This document shows, in pieces, positions 48,101-58,733 of a DNA stretch of 64,000 nucleotides. The DNA comes from Macrostomum hystrix (taxonomy: Eukaryota; Animalia; Platyhelminthes). Under the pieces are notes generated by a model, which was not told the origin of the DNA, searched no databases, and saw only the letters and a program-made list of their open reading frames with translations. Position 1 is the stretch's first letter. The number at the start of each line of letters is the position of its first letter. Position numbers and translations under genes: made by a program. The stretch is taken from the NCBI GenBank assembly GCA_950097015.1, contig CATNEN010000001.1:11160001-11224000 (forward strand), written 5' to 3'.

Positions 48101-49726
48101 CAAGCCTTGAGCCATTACTTGGTACTCAAACTGGCCCCTAGTTAATGTCGAGAATGCCGTCATATGTTTGTGCTCTTCTTTAATTGGGACTTGCCAGTAT
48201 CCAGAGTTAAGGTCTAAACTGCTGAAATACTGACTTCCAGTAAGGTGAGAGAATGTCTCCTGAATATTAGGTAACGGATACGGATAGTACTCCACACGAG
48301 AATTCAGTACTCGAAAGTCACTCACGATCCTTATTGTACCATCCTTCTTTGGTACTATGACCAAGGGTGTCGAATAGGTGCTATAACATGGCCTAATCAG
48401 GTTTTTGGCCAGCATGTCATCAAGCAAATCATCCACCTGTTTTTGCAAATGAGGCGGAATTCTGCGAGTCGGTATTCTGACTGGCGTAGTATCTTTAAGA
48501 GCAATTTCATGCGTCACCAAATGTGTCAGACCCATATCTTGCTCGGTCTGAGAGAACGCTGCTCTGTTCTCTTTCAGCAATTGTATAACTTGTTCCTTTT
48601 GTTCCGAATTCATCTCTCCGATGTTAACCTCCTTGATCCATTCATCAATGTCCTTTGAGGCTTCCTCTCTCTTTACAGCATTGACTTGTCCGGTATTTTG
48701 ACTCGAATTGATTGAATTAACAAAATAATTCAAGTTCTTCGCTGTTAATGGCTTGGCATAGCCAATAAGAGCTGCTCCTTTCACTTTGACTTCTCTGTTC
48801 TGTTTATTGACTAGTTCTATGACTCCAACTCCTTCGTTCAAGGTTACTAATGCTGGTACTAGCTCCAGATCATAACCTTTGGCTGCAATATAGCCGTCAT
48901 TAGTCTCAATCACCATGGGAGTACCGTAATTAGCTTCGGCATTTTCTCCCAATCGGATTGGCACTTTCAAAGCACTATTCGCTGGTATCGTGATCTGATT
49001 CTGGCAATAGACTCGTCGAATTCGAACAGGTAGTCTTGTGAACTGAATTGGGATGCAGATCCCATCTTTCAGTACCAAGACTCCTTTACTGAAATTGATA
49101 CCATCACAGTAGTCTTTGAGAAAGTCCATTCCAAGGATGTCGTCACAGTCGTGGTCACACAGAAGAAATCTTGTCTCAATCTCAATTTCTCCGAACTTCA
49201 CTTTAAGCATTGCTTCACCTCTAAGTGACACAACTGATCCGTCAAACGTGGTGACTCTCAAATTGCATGGTTCTATCTCGTCGTCACAAACCACTCTCTT
49301 CCATGAACTCCTACTTAAGAAGTTGTTTCCGGCTCCTGTGTCTATCAAAAACATAATATCTCGCTTTCGTATCTTTCCATTCACAATTGCTTCCTGACCT
49401 TTCTTGACCGGCTCTGGGATTCTGATCGTCTCAATGGGTGACTCACTTTTAATTTCTTTGCTAGCGGCTTTCTGACTTGTTTCACATGGTGTAACTGGTG
49501 CTTTCGCATGTGCTTGCATTTTTGCAGTGCTGGGTGCATACGCATGTTGCTGTCTCATTTCTCGCGGCTGATTAAACTTGTTGAAATAATAATTATTTTT
49601 CTTGTAAGCAAAACGTTGGTTATCAATTTTATACGCACTATTTACAAACTCTGAGGCCTGGAATTTGTTAAAGGATTTTCCGGAGGAACGGGGCCTCGAC
49701 TTACGTCCCTCGTATTTTAGTTTCCC
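45110..49726 (-). CDS. pol: Gypsy Pol (protease, RT, RNase H, integrase, acidic tail), probably made as a -1 frameshift fusion with Gag
   Basis: Protease FLIDTGAG; RT YIDD; RNase H LDTDAS..ELLA..TDH; integrase H-H-C-C and DDE (HIDLIG, HTDNG, VERFN). The frame is open upstream of ATG 49558 to the slippery site. Confidence 0.93.
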   Translation of the reverse strand, partial: GKLKYEGRKSRPRSSGKSFNKFQASEFVNSAYKIDNQRFAYKKNNYYFNKFNQPREMRQQHAYAPSTAKMQAHAKAPVTPCETSQKAASKEIKSESPIETIRIPEPVKKGQEAIVNGKIRKRDIMFLIDTGAGNNFLSRSSWKRVVCDDEIEPCNLRVTTFDGSVVSLRGEAMLKVKFGEIEIETRFLLCDHDCDDILGMDFLKDYCDGINFSKGVLVLKDGICIPIQFTRLPVRIRRVYCQNQITIPANSALKVPIRLGENAEANYGTPMVIETNDGYIAAKGYDLELVPALVTLNEGVGVIELVNKQNREVKVKGAALIGYAKPLTAKNLNYFVNSINSSQNTGQVNAVKREEASKDIDEWIKEVNIGEMNSEQKEQVIQLLKENRAAFSQTEQDMGLTHLVTHEIALKDTTPVRIPTRRIPPHLQKQVDDLLDDMLAKNLIRPCYSTYSTPLVIVPKKDGTIRIVSDFRVLNSRVEYYPYPLPNIQETFSHLTGSQYFSSLDLNSGYWQVPIKEEHKHMTAFSTLTRGQFEYQVMAQGLSNAPGTFQRLMNLVLIGIQHKFAMSYIDDIVTYSKEFDEHLCHLREVFRRLSEAGLKLRPRKCNLFQEELKYLGHIVGRNGIRTDPAKIEAIRSWPTPQDVKELRSFLGLCNYYCRFVKDYAEAAHPLFQLTKKGITNFKEKWNSKHDEAFALLKQKMMSTDVLAYPEFSEYENVKMVLDTDASEGRIGACLGQIQADGVERPIAYFSRAMTESEKRYPITRKELLALVDGMKHFRFYLIGKKFLARTDHKAILWLLRQTEAQGILGRWIERLSEFQYEIQHRSGAKHSNADSLSRRPSEIKEASEAKINQSQITGRAMMSQSCQTDSGIDTDDDDANEIFVDARDYFEDEELEETTACRKLLTDFLSVPLTKEQLVIAQREDQDIKILIEWKEQGILRPELPTGASHELKKMIKSYEQMKIEDGMLTIVTDGTRKVVLPSGIEKEVLRELHDSPLAGHLGRDKTVQKVRERFWKPGLVTTVENYVAECIPCLESKAGNKVKAPVQTFPVCEAFHRLHIDLIGPISKESRRGHKYVLTVIDSTTKFPFAFPIRNQKSDTVIKLLQERIFSEYGQCRWIHTDNGKTFVSRQFQAFCTLYGIKHTCTTPYHAQSNGLVERFNRQIKSIITCLVEKDHSDWDLLIPAALVAVRTSVNQTTGFTPHYLLFGREAELPIDSVVKRPRLYYDYPSYVADHAKRIEEMQKVVQKKLEKVRDRREQAAETVITKAVPIGGLVLINNPQLHGDESHKFHRKKRASYRVLAKLSDTVFRVQKEEDGKLIGAMMLVHRNNLTPVPNSVKATDMTISSDVEKREQTDKGRQETAQKTKKRREAQPRMVKRPIQEIEQEESSDSEEERIQWRARKGTDISGSEVEETDGGPDTESGSSAEELMEDSETETEEELEELEEDSEEEPEAEPSGHNAVEEPAREEEAEDRADAASEAAAPLQWQEVRYNLRPRKCPVINEPVGPTPVTNHREAPRKPNKYGFVPRKRYSHYQ

Positions 49727-50625
49727 TGGTTCTGGAAGTTCTGCTGACCGTTGCCCATCCTCATAGGACAGAATCTGGCAATATGGCCGAGTTTTCCGCA
49801 GTTGAAGCAGGTTCGGTTCTGGTTCAAGAATTGCGGCCCATTGTACTGCGTATTCTGCTGTTGCAGGAACTTAGGTACATATGGCTTCCTTGGTACGTAC
49901 TGTTTCTCAGCCATTTTGCTGGTGAGCTCCTGCAAGAGTTTCTGCTGTCTTTCAATTTCTTCCTTCTGCTTCACAATTGTTGCCCTTAGAGACTCCTCTT
50001 CCTCTTCACCATTTCTGGTAATCCTTACTCCGGCACCTTTGTGTGTCATGCTCCAGGCGGCTTCCAACCTTCTAAGCATTCTCTTTAGTTCCTGTAGATT
50101 GGCAGGCTGAGCAAAGATTAGTTTCTCCCTCATGTCAGCGGATATCTTGGCTCCCTTGATGTATTGCTCAACCAGTTCATCTTCTCGTTGCTCCATTGTC
50201 ATGTTTGGGAAGGCTCTGGCAGCCAGTTCAATCAGACTATCTGAATAGGCTTCTACCGATTCATTCTTGCCTTGCATTCTTCCTCGAAACTCTTCTCTGA
50301 ATTCTGCTGGGCTTCCAGTTCGTCCGAATCTTTCTGCTATCCGCTCCTTGAATTCTTCGTAGTCAAGGTTTTCTGGGAGGTTCATTCTCTGTACAGAGGC
50401 AAATGCTGTGGACAAGTCCAAGTTGGCAAGCAATTCCTGCTTTCGATGGTCCACATCAATTCCTTCTGTCTCGCATCTTTGATCAAATGCGGTGAGCCAC
50501 ACCTGAATATCCTGATTAGGTGTGAACTTTTGGATCTTCACATGGCGTGTTAGAGCAATCTCCAACCGATTTCTCAGCTCTTCCGCGAGTACAGCCATCA
50601 AATCTTGTGCTTGAGCTTGATCCAT
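49717..50625 (-). CDS. gag: Gypsy Gag with CCHC zinc knuckle
   Basis: RMQGKNESVEAY capsid-type motif; CFNCGKLGHIARFC. Confidence 0.92.
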   Translation of the reverse strand: MDQAQAQDLMAVLAEELRNRLEIALTRHVKIQKFTPNQDIQVWLTAFDQRCETEGIDVDHRKQELLANLDLSTAFASVQRMNLPENLDYEEFKERIAERFGRTGSPAEFREEFRGRMQGKNESVEAYSDSLIELAARAFPNMTMEQREDELVEQYIKGAKISADMREKLIFAQPANLQELKRMLRRLEAAWSMTHKGAGVRITRNGEEEEESLRATIVKQKEEIERQQKLLQELTSKMAEKQYVPRKPYVPKFLQQQNTQYNGPQFLNQNRTCFNCGKLGHIARFCPMRMGNGQQNFQNQGN

Positions 50626-50669
50626 TGTTACTCCTCAATGGGGTTATTTCGCTGTTTCTCTGATCCTTT

Positions 50670-50681
50670 CCGCTGCCACCA
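50670..50681 (-). promoter_or_regulatory. Primer-binding site (tRNA-Leu-like)
   Basis: TGGTGGCAGCGG 4 nt after the 5' LTR, complementary to a ...CCGCTGCCACCA tRNA 3' end. Confidence 0.75.
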
Positions 50682-51997
50682 AAGTTGTAACAGGGCTTGT
50701 CTCTCTACTTTTCTCTCTAATGGTAGTGTATCACTCGGCACGAGCGGTTTAACCTTCTAAGGCACTGGCTTACTATTCTCCAGTCTTTGCTGGGCGTTTT
50801 CTGTGGATCAGAGGGTCACAGCCTCAAATAACCAACTCAACACTTTTCTTCTTCAGTAATAGCTTATTTGCTTTTCGCCACACTGGCACGTTGATTTGTC
50901 TCAACTGAATTACACTTGTTTATATACACAAAAGAAAATGTTTGTTAAAGTAAATGAATTTGACAAAATATTTAAAATATTTTACATATAAAAAATATTT
51001 AACGCATTCAAACAAAAGCATAGGCACGAATTTGACTTTAAAGAAATAATAAAAGCATCCCTACTACATATTTGATATTGGTACAGTGTCAGGTTTAAGT
51101 ATTTTGGATTGGCTTGGTGTGACTTAAACCTCACAAGAGCTGCCTACCAATTAAAAGTGTCATTTACCCTCCATTCCAGCACCACCCACATTTTGATTGA
51201 AACCAAGACCAAGATAGGGCGCACATTGTCAGCTTGGAGGTGGGTACAAAGATGGAATTAATAGGTGTCAAAAGATGTTGCAATTTGTTTGAGCTTTTTA
51301 TTTGTACATGCAGCAAAGATTGCAAAGTGTATTGAGGTTAATGATTTCAATTCTCATTTGGTGGGGATTTCAGAAAGTGAGTGCCAAGGAGAGGGATAGT
51401 TAGCCATAAAACATGACAATGTGCAATGTGAATCTGCACACAACTCCCCTACTCTCTCTCACTCTCTCCCTCTCTCACACATATGTTGGTGATTTGGTTC
51501 AAATGAACCAAAGTTCATGAAGTTTTCTCTTACAATGAATTTCAATTTGCATCTAGATGCACACATGAGGGTAACTAGACAACGTTACACTATAAAACAA
51601 TTTTTGACAATGTTAACTGGTTGGCAAAGTGACTAACAATGTGAGGTTATTTTGTCAACTGGCTGATGAGGCATCCTCAAACCTTGGTCACTTTGTCAAC
51701 TGCCAGTAAGACCACCCTTAAATGTTGGTCACTTCGTCAACTGAGTTGATGAAATGACTAGCACCCAGTTTAGTTAGTATAGTTTAAATTTAACTATTGA
51801 GGTTGCAGTTATTACCACAAATTCCTATGTGACTCAAAACAGAAATTAAAAAATCTTTGCCAGAAATCTCTGATCTGAACTGCCATTGATTAGGCTCAGC
51901 CTACCCACTGTGCTATATCACAATATCAGTCACTAGTGTTGGGCACAGTTCCCATACTCCAATATACTCCAATACAACTGTGAGTATTCAGTATCTA

Positions 51998-52120
51998 TGT
52001 GTGTGTGTTAAGAAGTCAGCAAAATAGGCAGAATTGCTTTCTTGCTAGATATAGGTCTTGTGTCATCAAAAGATATGCCATTGATTATAGCCCGCCAGTA
52101 ATTATTATAATTATTATAAT
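51998..52120 (+). mobile_element. Dispersed repeat (SINE-like 3' end), copy B
   Basis: Homologous to 36088-36215, with most of copy A's CpGs lost. Confidence 0.6.
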
Positions 52121-52960
52121 TTGTTTAAGTTGGCATACTCTGGATAAAAGTTGCCCCAAATGATGGATGCTGACACATCCAGACACTTTTAGTTTATATT
52201 ATTACAAGAATAAGCTTAAAAGTTGTCAAGGATAGCAATACATTTTTATTTTATATTTAAAAGTGCTGCTTAATGCAGTATTTTTAGCTTGCTAATTTTA
52301 ATTTTGTCTAAAAGATTGTTAAGAATACTAAAAATAAAGTTATAACTATAACTCAATAAACTAGCAAACTAGAAACTAGATAAGTTTACTTATCAATAGG
52401 ACGGGATTGTTCAATATGTTCAATATATAAGACAGGTGCATTGTCTGGTTATACACATATTCATATACTTAGCACCCCCAATTTATTTTTAATGCTGTGT
52501 GCCATTCCAACCTTTGTAACATTGTAGGTTGCATCAACAATATGACTAGAAATCTCTTAATATGACTTTTAGGTCTTTTTTATGACCAAATCTTGGTAGA
52601 AATTTCTAAGAACATTCAAGTCTTCAGAGCCAAAGCCAAAGAAAATGTAAAATGTAATTACTTTGTTAGCTAACATAACTAAACAGTCTAAAATGCTTAA
52701 ACTGAAACATTACACTTTACTTTAAATTAATTAGCTTTTCTGAGCATCTTAGCAGAATTTTAATTTAATGGAAACCAAGACCTGCAATGCTGCAATTATC
52801 ACACAGATTAACACAAGTTAAAATTTGAATTAGTTAACATTGTGGGACCAAAAATACCAAGTTATAAAATAACCCAAGACCAAGTTATAGAGTATATAGT
52901 TAATTATATACATATGTAAGAGATAAGGCATATATATATATATTTATATTTATATTTATG

Positions 52961-53822
52961 AGATAGTGACTATCGATGAGATAGCTGAGGTAGTGGGTAT
53001 CTCTCACGGCAGTGCCCACTCGATTGTCACCATCAGCCTTGGTCTGAGCAAGCTGAGTACCCGCTGGGTACCGCGGCTGTTGCGGCCTGAACACCGGGTT
53101 CAGCGCACTGAATGTGCCATCAGCCTGCTGAACCGCCTGGACGCCAACTCCGAAGACTTCTACCAGCGATTGGTGACCGGCGATGAAACGTGGATATATC
53201 AGTACGATCCCGAGTCCAAAGTCCAGTCTAAGTAGTGGCTGCCACGTGGTTCAGCGGGTCCCAAGAAGTTCCGTGCCGAGCGGTCAGCAGCGAAGGTCTT
53301 GGCGACTGTGTTCTGGGATGCTGACGGAGTTGTGATGGTTGACTTCCTAGAAAGCCAGAAAACCATCAACGCCATCTACTACGAGTCGCTTTTGCGAAAG
53401 CTCCGCACCGAACTGGCCAAAAAGCGACCTGGCAAGCTGCACCGTGGAGTGCTCTTCCACCACGACAATGCACCAGCCCACACTTCTCGACTGTGCCGGG
53501 AGGCTCTGCAAGATTTCCGCTGGGAAATACTTCAGCATCCTCCGTACAGCCCTGATTTGGCTCCTTCAGACTTTTTGTTTCCAAAGCTGAAGGAGGCGAT
53601 CAAGGGAGTTCGACATGACAGCAAGGAGGCTGCCAAGAAGGCTACCGTACAGTGGCTTGCTGCGCAGCCTCCTGCCTTCTACATGAATGGCCTGGAGAGA
53701 TGGCGACACCGCATGGAGAAGTGTCTGACCCTGGAGGGGGATTATGTAGAAAAGTAGATTTGTGCGTGAAGCTTGAAGCTCGTGACAATAATATTATCAT
53801 TACTTTTTGACTGACCCTCGTA
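52961..53822 (+). mobile_element. 5'-truncated mariner (DD34D) transposon with pseudogenised transposase
   Basis: WVPRLL, TGDETWI, HDNAPAH, HPPYSPDLAPSDF; in-frame TAG at 53233-53235; 3' TIR ..TTTTTGACTGACCCTCG followed by TA; no left TIR. Confidence 0.9.
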
Positions 53823-54379
53823 TATGGCTATGTAGACGTAGAATTATATTGACTGAAGCATGCATTAGGCCTATAGCTATCTAGCCCATAGCCAACTAGA
53901 GCCAAATCTTTATATATAATTTGTCAATTGTGAATGGTTAGTTAGCTAATGTTATTCTTGCCACTGATCAAGTGATAGCTGGGTTAATGGTAGCAGTGCA
54001 GAAGTGTGTCATTGCTAGGAGATTAGAATAATGCGCTAAGAACTAGGCTACAAAACTTATTGTTTTTTTTAGTTTAAAAATTCAGATATGAATTTAAAAT
54101 TCATAATTAATAATTAGGCCACTTATAAAAATATTAATTGGCTTAAAAATAGCTGTGTAAGGAATAATGCTTCATGTAAATATATGTGTACATGTAGAGC
54201 TTCTTATAGAGCTTCATATTCTAGTACTAATTAAGTCTTTAGGTGGTAAAAAAGCGAAACACAAATTTAAAGCTAATTATAGTAAAATATTAATTTTGTA
54301 TTCTTTTATAATCAAATTTAAAAATAGACCCCGTTGCACTCCAAATTTCAGGTCCGTTTTACATAAAATAGAACACAAA

Positions 54380-57300
54380 ATGACAGACAAATTACTTGTA
54401 CTCCGCCTATACAAGGGTCTGTTGCGTTATATTAATACTTTGCAACTTTCTGACAGGCATTTCATTGTTAATAGACTTCAAGTAGAATTCAGGAAGCCAT
54501 GCAACACTAACCAGCAATTGCAGCTACAAATTCAGGTGAGTGAAGCCAAACTATTTCTAAACAAGTGCTAGCTGTTACCCCATTCTTTTATAACATTAGA
54601 TTTCTTATCTTTTTACTATCAGTACATTTTCTATCCAAAAATATTACAGAATCCCTAAATAATTAGAAATCCCTAGTATCGCAGAATCCTATTGAACCAG
54701 AAATCCCCAGTATCGCAGAATCCCTAAATAATTAGAAATCCCCAGTATCGCAGAATCCCTAAATATAATAATAATTAGAAATCCCCAGTATCGCAGAATC
54801 CTATTGAACCAGAAATCCCCAGTATCGCAGAATCCCTAAATAATTAGAAATCCCCAGTATCGCAGAATCCTATTGAACCAGAAATCCCCAGTATCGCAGA
54901 ATCCCTAAATAATTTGAAATCCCCAGTATCGCAGAATCCTATTGAACCAGAAATCCCCAGTATCGCAGAATCCCTAAATAATTTGAAATCCTCAGTATCG
55001 CAGAATCCTATTGAACCAGAAATCCCCAGTATCGCAGAATCCCTAAATAATTAGAAATCCCCAGTATCGCAAAATCCTATTGAACCAGAAATCCCCAGTA
55101 TCGCAGAATCCCTAAATAATTTGAAATCCCCAGTATCGCAGAATCCTATTGAACCAGAAATCCCCAGTATCGCAGAATCCCTAAATAATTTGAAATCCCC
55201 AGTATCGCAGAATCCTATTGAACCAGAAATCCCCAGTATCGCAGAATCCCTAAATAATTTGAAATCCCCAGTATCACAGAATCCCTAAATAATTTGAAAT
55301 CCCCAGTATCGCAGAATCCTATTGAACCAGAAATCCCCAGTATCGCAGAATCCTATTGAACCAGAAATCCCCAGTATCGCAGAATCCCTAAATAATTTGA
55401 AATCCCCTGTATCACAGAATCCCTAAATAATTTGAAATCCCCAGTATCACAGAATCCCTAAATAATTTGAAATCCCCAGTATCACAGAATCCCTAAATAA
55501 TCGGAAATCCCCAGTATCACAGAATCCCTAAATAATCGGAAATCCCCAGTATCACAGAATCCCTAAATAATTAGAAATCCCCAGTATCGCAGAATCCCTA
55601 AATAATCGGAAATCCCCAGTATCGCAAAATCCCTAAATAGCCAGAAATCCCCAGTATCACAGAATCCCTAAATAATTAGAAATCCCCAGTATCGCAAAAT
55701 CCCTATTTAACCAGAAATCCCCAGAATCGCAGAATCCCTAAATAATTAGAAATCCCCAGTATCACAGAATCCCTAAATAATTAGAAATCCCCAGTATCAC
55801 AGAATCCCTAAATAATTAGAAATCCCCAGAATCGCAGAATCCCTAAATAATTAGAAATCCCCAGTATCGCAAAATCCCTATTTAACCAGAAATCCCCAGA
55901 ATCGCAGAATCCCTAAATAATTAGAAATCCCCAGTATCACAAAATCCCTAAATAATTAGAAATCCCCAGTATCACAGAATCCCTAAATAATCGGAAATCC
56001 CCAGTATCGCAAAATCCCTATTGAACCAGAAATCCCCAGAATCGCAGAATCCCTAAATAATTAGAAATCCCCAGTATCGCAAAATCCCTATTTAACCAGA
56101 AATCCCCAGAATCGCAGAATCCCTAAATAATTAGAAATCCCCAGTATCACAGAATCCCTAAATAATTAGAAATCCCCAGTATCACAGAATCCCTAAATAA
56201 TCGGAAATCCCCAGTATCGCAAAATCCCTATTGAACCAGAAATCCCCAGAATCGCAGAATCCCTAAATAATTAGAAATCCCCAGTATCGCAAAATCCCTA
56301 TTTAACCAGAAATCCCCAGAATCGCAGAATCCCTAAATAATTAGAAATCCCCAGTATCACAAAATCCCTAAATAATTAGAAATCCCCAGTATCACAGAAT
56401 CCCTAAATAATTAGAAATCCCCAGTATCGCAAAATCCCTAAATAATTAGAAATCCCCAGTATCACAGAATCCCTAAATAATTAGAAATCCCCAGTATCAC
56501 AGAATCCCTAAATAATTAGAAATCCCCAGTATCGCAGAATCCCTAAATAATTAGAAATCCCCAGTATCGCAGAATCCCTAAATAATTAGAAATCCCCAGT
56601 ATCACAGAATCCCTAAATAATCGGAAATCCCCAGTATCACAGAATCCCTAAATAATTAGAAATCCCCAGTATCACAGAATCCCTAAATAATTAGAAATCC
56701 CCAGTATCACAGAATCCCTAAATAATCGGAAATCCCCAGTATCGCTGAATCCCTAAATAATTAGAAATCCCCAGTATCGCAGAATCCCTAAATAATCGGA
56801 AATCCCCAGTATCACAGAATCCCTAAATAATCGGAAATCCCCAGTATCGCAAAATCCCTATTGAACCAGAAATCCCCAGAATCGCAGAATCCCTAAATAA
56901 TCGGAAATCCCCAGAATCGCAGAATCCCTAAATAATCGGAAATCCCCAGTATCGCAAAATCCCTATTGAACCAGAAATCCCCAGAATCGCAGAATCCCTA
57001 AATAATTAGAAATCCCCAGTATCGCAAAATCCCTATTTAACCAGAAATCCCCAGAATCGCAGAATCCCTAAATAATTAGAAATCCCCAGTATCACAGAAT
57101 CCCTATTTAACCAGAAATCCCCAGAATCGCAGAATCCCTAAATAATTAGAAATCCCCAGAATCGCAGAATCCCTAAATAATTAGAAATCCCCAGTATCGC
57201 AAAATCCCTATTTAACCAGAAATCCCCAGAATCGCAGAATCCCTAAATAATTAGAAATCCCCAGTATCACAGAATCCCTAAATAATTAGAAATCCCAAGT

Positions 57301-58687
57301 ATCACAGAATCCCTATTTAACCAGAAATCCCCAGAATCGCAGAATCCCTAAATAATTAGAAATCCCCAGTATCACAGAATCCCTAAATAATTAGAAATCC
57401 CCAGTATCACAGAATCCCTAAATAATTAGAAATCCCCAGTATCGCAGAATCCCTAAATAATCGGAAATCCCCAGAATCGCAGAATCCCTAAATAATTAGA
57501 AATCCCCAGTATCACAGAATCCCTAAATAATTAGAAATCCCCAGTATCACAGAATCCCTAAATAATTAGAAATCCCCAGTATCGCAAAATCCCTATTGAA
57601 CCAGAAATCCCCAGAATCGCAGAATCCCTAAATAATCGGAAATCCCCAGTATCGCAAAATCCCTAAATAATTAGAAATCCCCAGAATCGCAAAATCCCTA
57701 TTTAACCAGAAATCCCCAGTATCGCAAAATCCCTAAATAATTAGAAATCCCCAGTATCGCAAAATCCCTATTTAACCAGAAATCCCCAGAATCGCAGAAT
57801 CCCTAAATAATCGGAAATCCCCAGTATCACAGAATCCCTAAATAATCGGAAATCCCCAGTATCACAGAATCCCTAAATAATCGGAAATCCCCAGTATCAC
57901 AGAATCCCTAAATAATTAGAAATCCCCAGTATCGCAAAATCCCTATTTAACCAGAAATCCCCAGAATCGCAGAATCCCTAAATAATCGGAAATCCCCAGT
58001 ATCACAGAATCCCTAAATAATTAGAAATCCCCAGTATCACAGAATCCCTAAATAATTAGAAATCCCCAGAATCGCAAAATCCCTATTTAACCAGAAATCC
58101 CCAGTATCGCAAAATCCCTAAATAATTAGAAATCCCCAGTATCGCAAAATCCCTATTTAACCAGAAATCCCCAGAATCGCAGAATCCCTAAATAATCGGA
58201 AATCCCCAGTATCACAGAATCCCTAAATAATTAGAAATCCCCAGTATCGCAAAATCCCTATTTAACCAGAAATCCCCAGAATCGCAGAATCCCTAAATAA
58301 TCGGAAATCCCCAGTATCACAGAATCCCTAAATAATTAGAAATCCCCAGTATCGCAAAATCCCTATTTAACCAGAAATCCCCAGAATCGCAGAATCCCTA
58401 AATAATCGGAAATCCCCAGTATCACAGAATCCCTAAATAATTAGAAATCCCCAGTATCGCAAAATCCCTATTTAACCAGAAATCCCCAGAATCGCAGAAT
58501 CCCTAAATAATCGGAAATCCCCTGTATAACAGAATCCCTAAATAACGAGATCCCCTGTATCACAGAATCCCTAAATAACGAGATCCCTAAATGTTCGGTT
58601 TGTATAATAATACACCAACAATAAATTTAATTTTATTTATAATTTCAGAGAGCCGAAACTCTGCTAAGAAATCGCCCGCTTTTGTAA
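54380..58687 (+). CDS. 64-aa LYR-motif microprotein, L0R8F8/AltMIEF1 (MIEF1 uORF)-like, 2 exons
   Basis: Exons 54380-54535 and 58649-58687 give MTDKLLVLRLYKGLLRYINTLQLSDRHFIVNRLQVEFRKPCNTNQQLQLQIQ|RAETLLRNRPLL*. Pattern VLxLYKxLLR..L..(S/T)D..F....EFRK; splice sites CAG|gtgagt and tttcag|, phase 0. Confidence 0.82.
54650..58590. repeat. 35-bp minisatellite (AGAAATCCCCAGTATCACAGAATCCCTAAATAATT)n, ~110 copies, filling the LYR intron
   Basis: Direct periodicity, with alternating variants giving ~70-bp higher-order units. Confidence 0.96.
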
Positions 58688-58733
58688 GGACAACTGTTCT
58701 GAACGCCTTGATCTGCCCAGTTTATTTTTAATT

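Larger units (their letters stand above)
44150..51068 (-). mobile_element. Full-length Ty3/Gypsy LTR retrotransposon
   Basis: 5' LTR 50686-51068 (383 bp, TG..CA); 3' LTR 44150-44920, interrupted; 4-bp TSD TATT; PBS TGGTGGCAGCGG; PPT AGGGAAGGCAAG; domain order gag then PR-RT-RH-INT. Confidence 0.96.
43907..51766. mobile_element. Non-autonomous TIR DNA element (~0.94 kb without its insert), split by the Gypsy
   Basis: Imperfect TIRs GGATCCTAGTCATTTTGTCAACT and (rc) GGGTGCTAGTCATTTCATCAACT; 8-bp TSD AGTTTAGT (43899-43906 and 51767-51774); subterminal GGTCA..GTCAACTG repeats at both ends. Confidence 0.78.

Noticed and set aside
53233-53235. Stop-codon readthrough in the mariner transposase
   Set aside because: The element is 5'-truncated and also appears to lack a codon near SDF-LF; simple decay (likely CAG>TAG) explains the stop.
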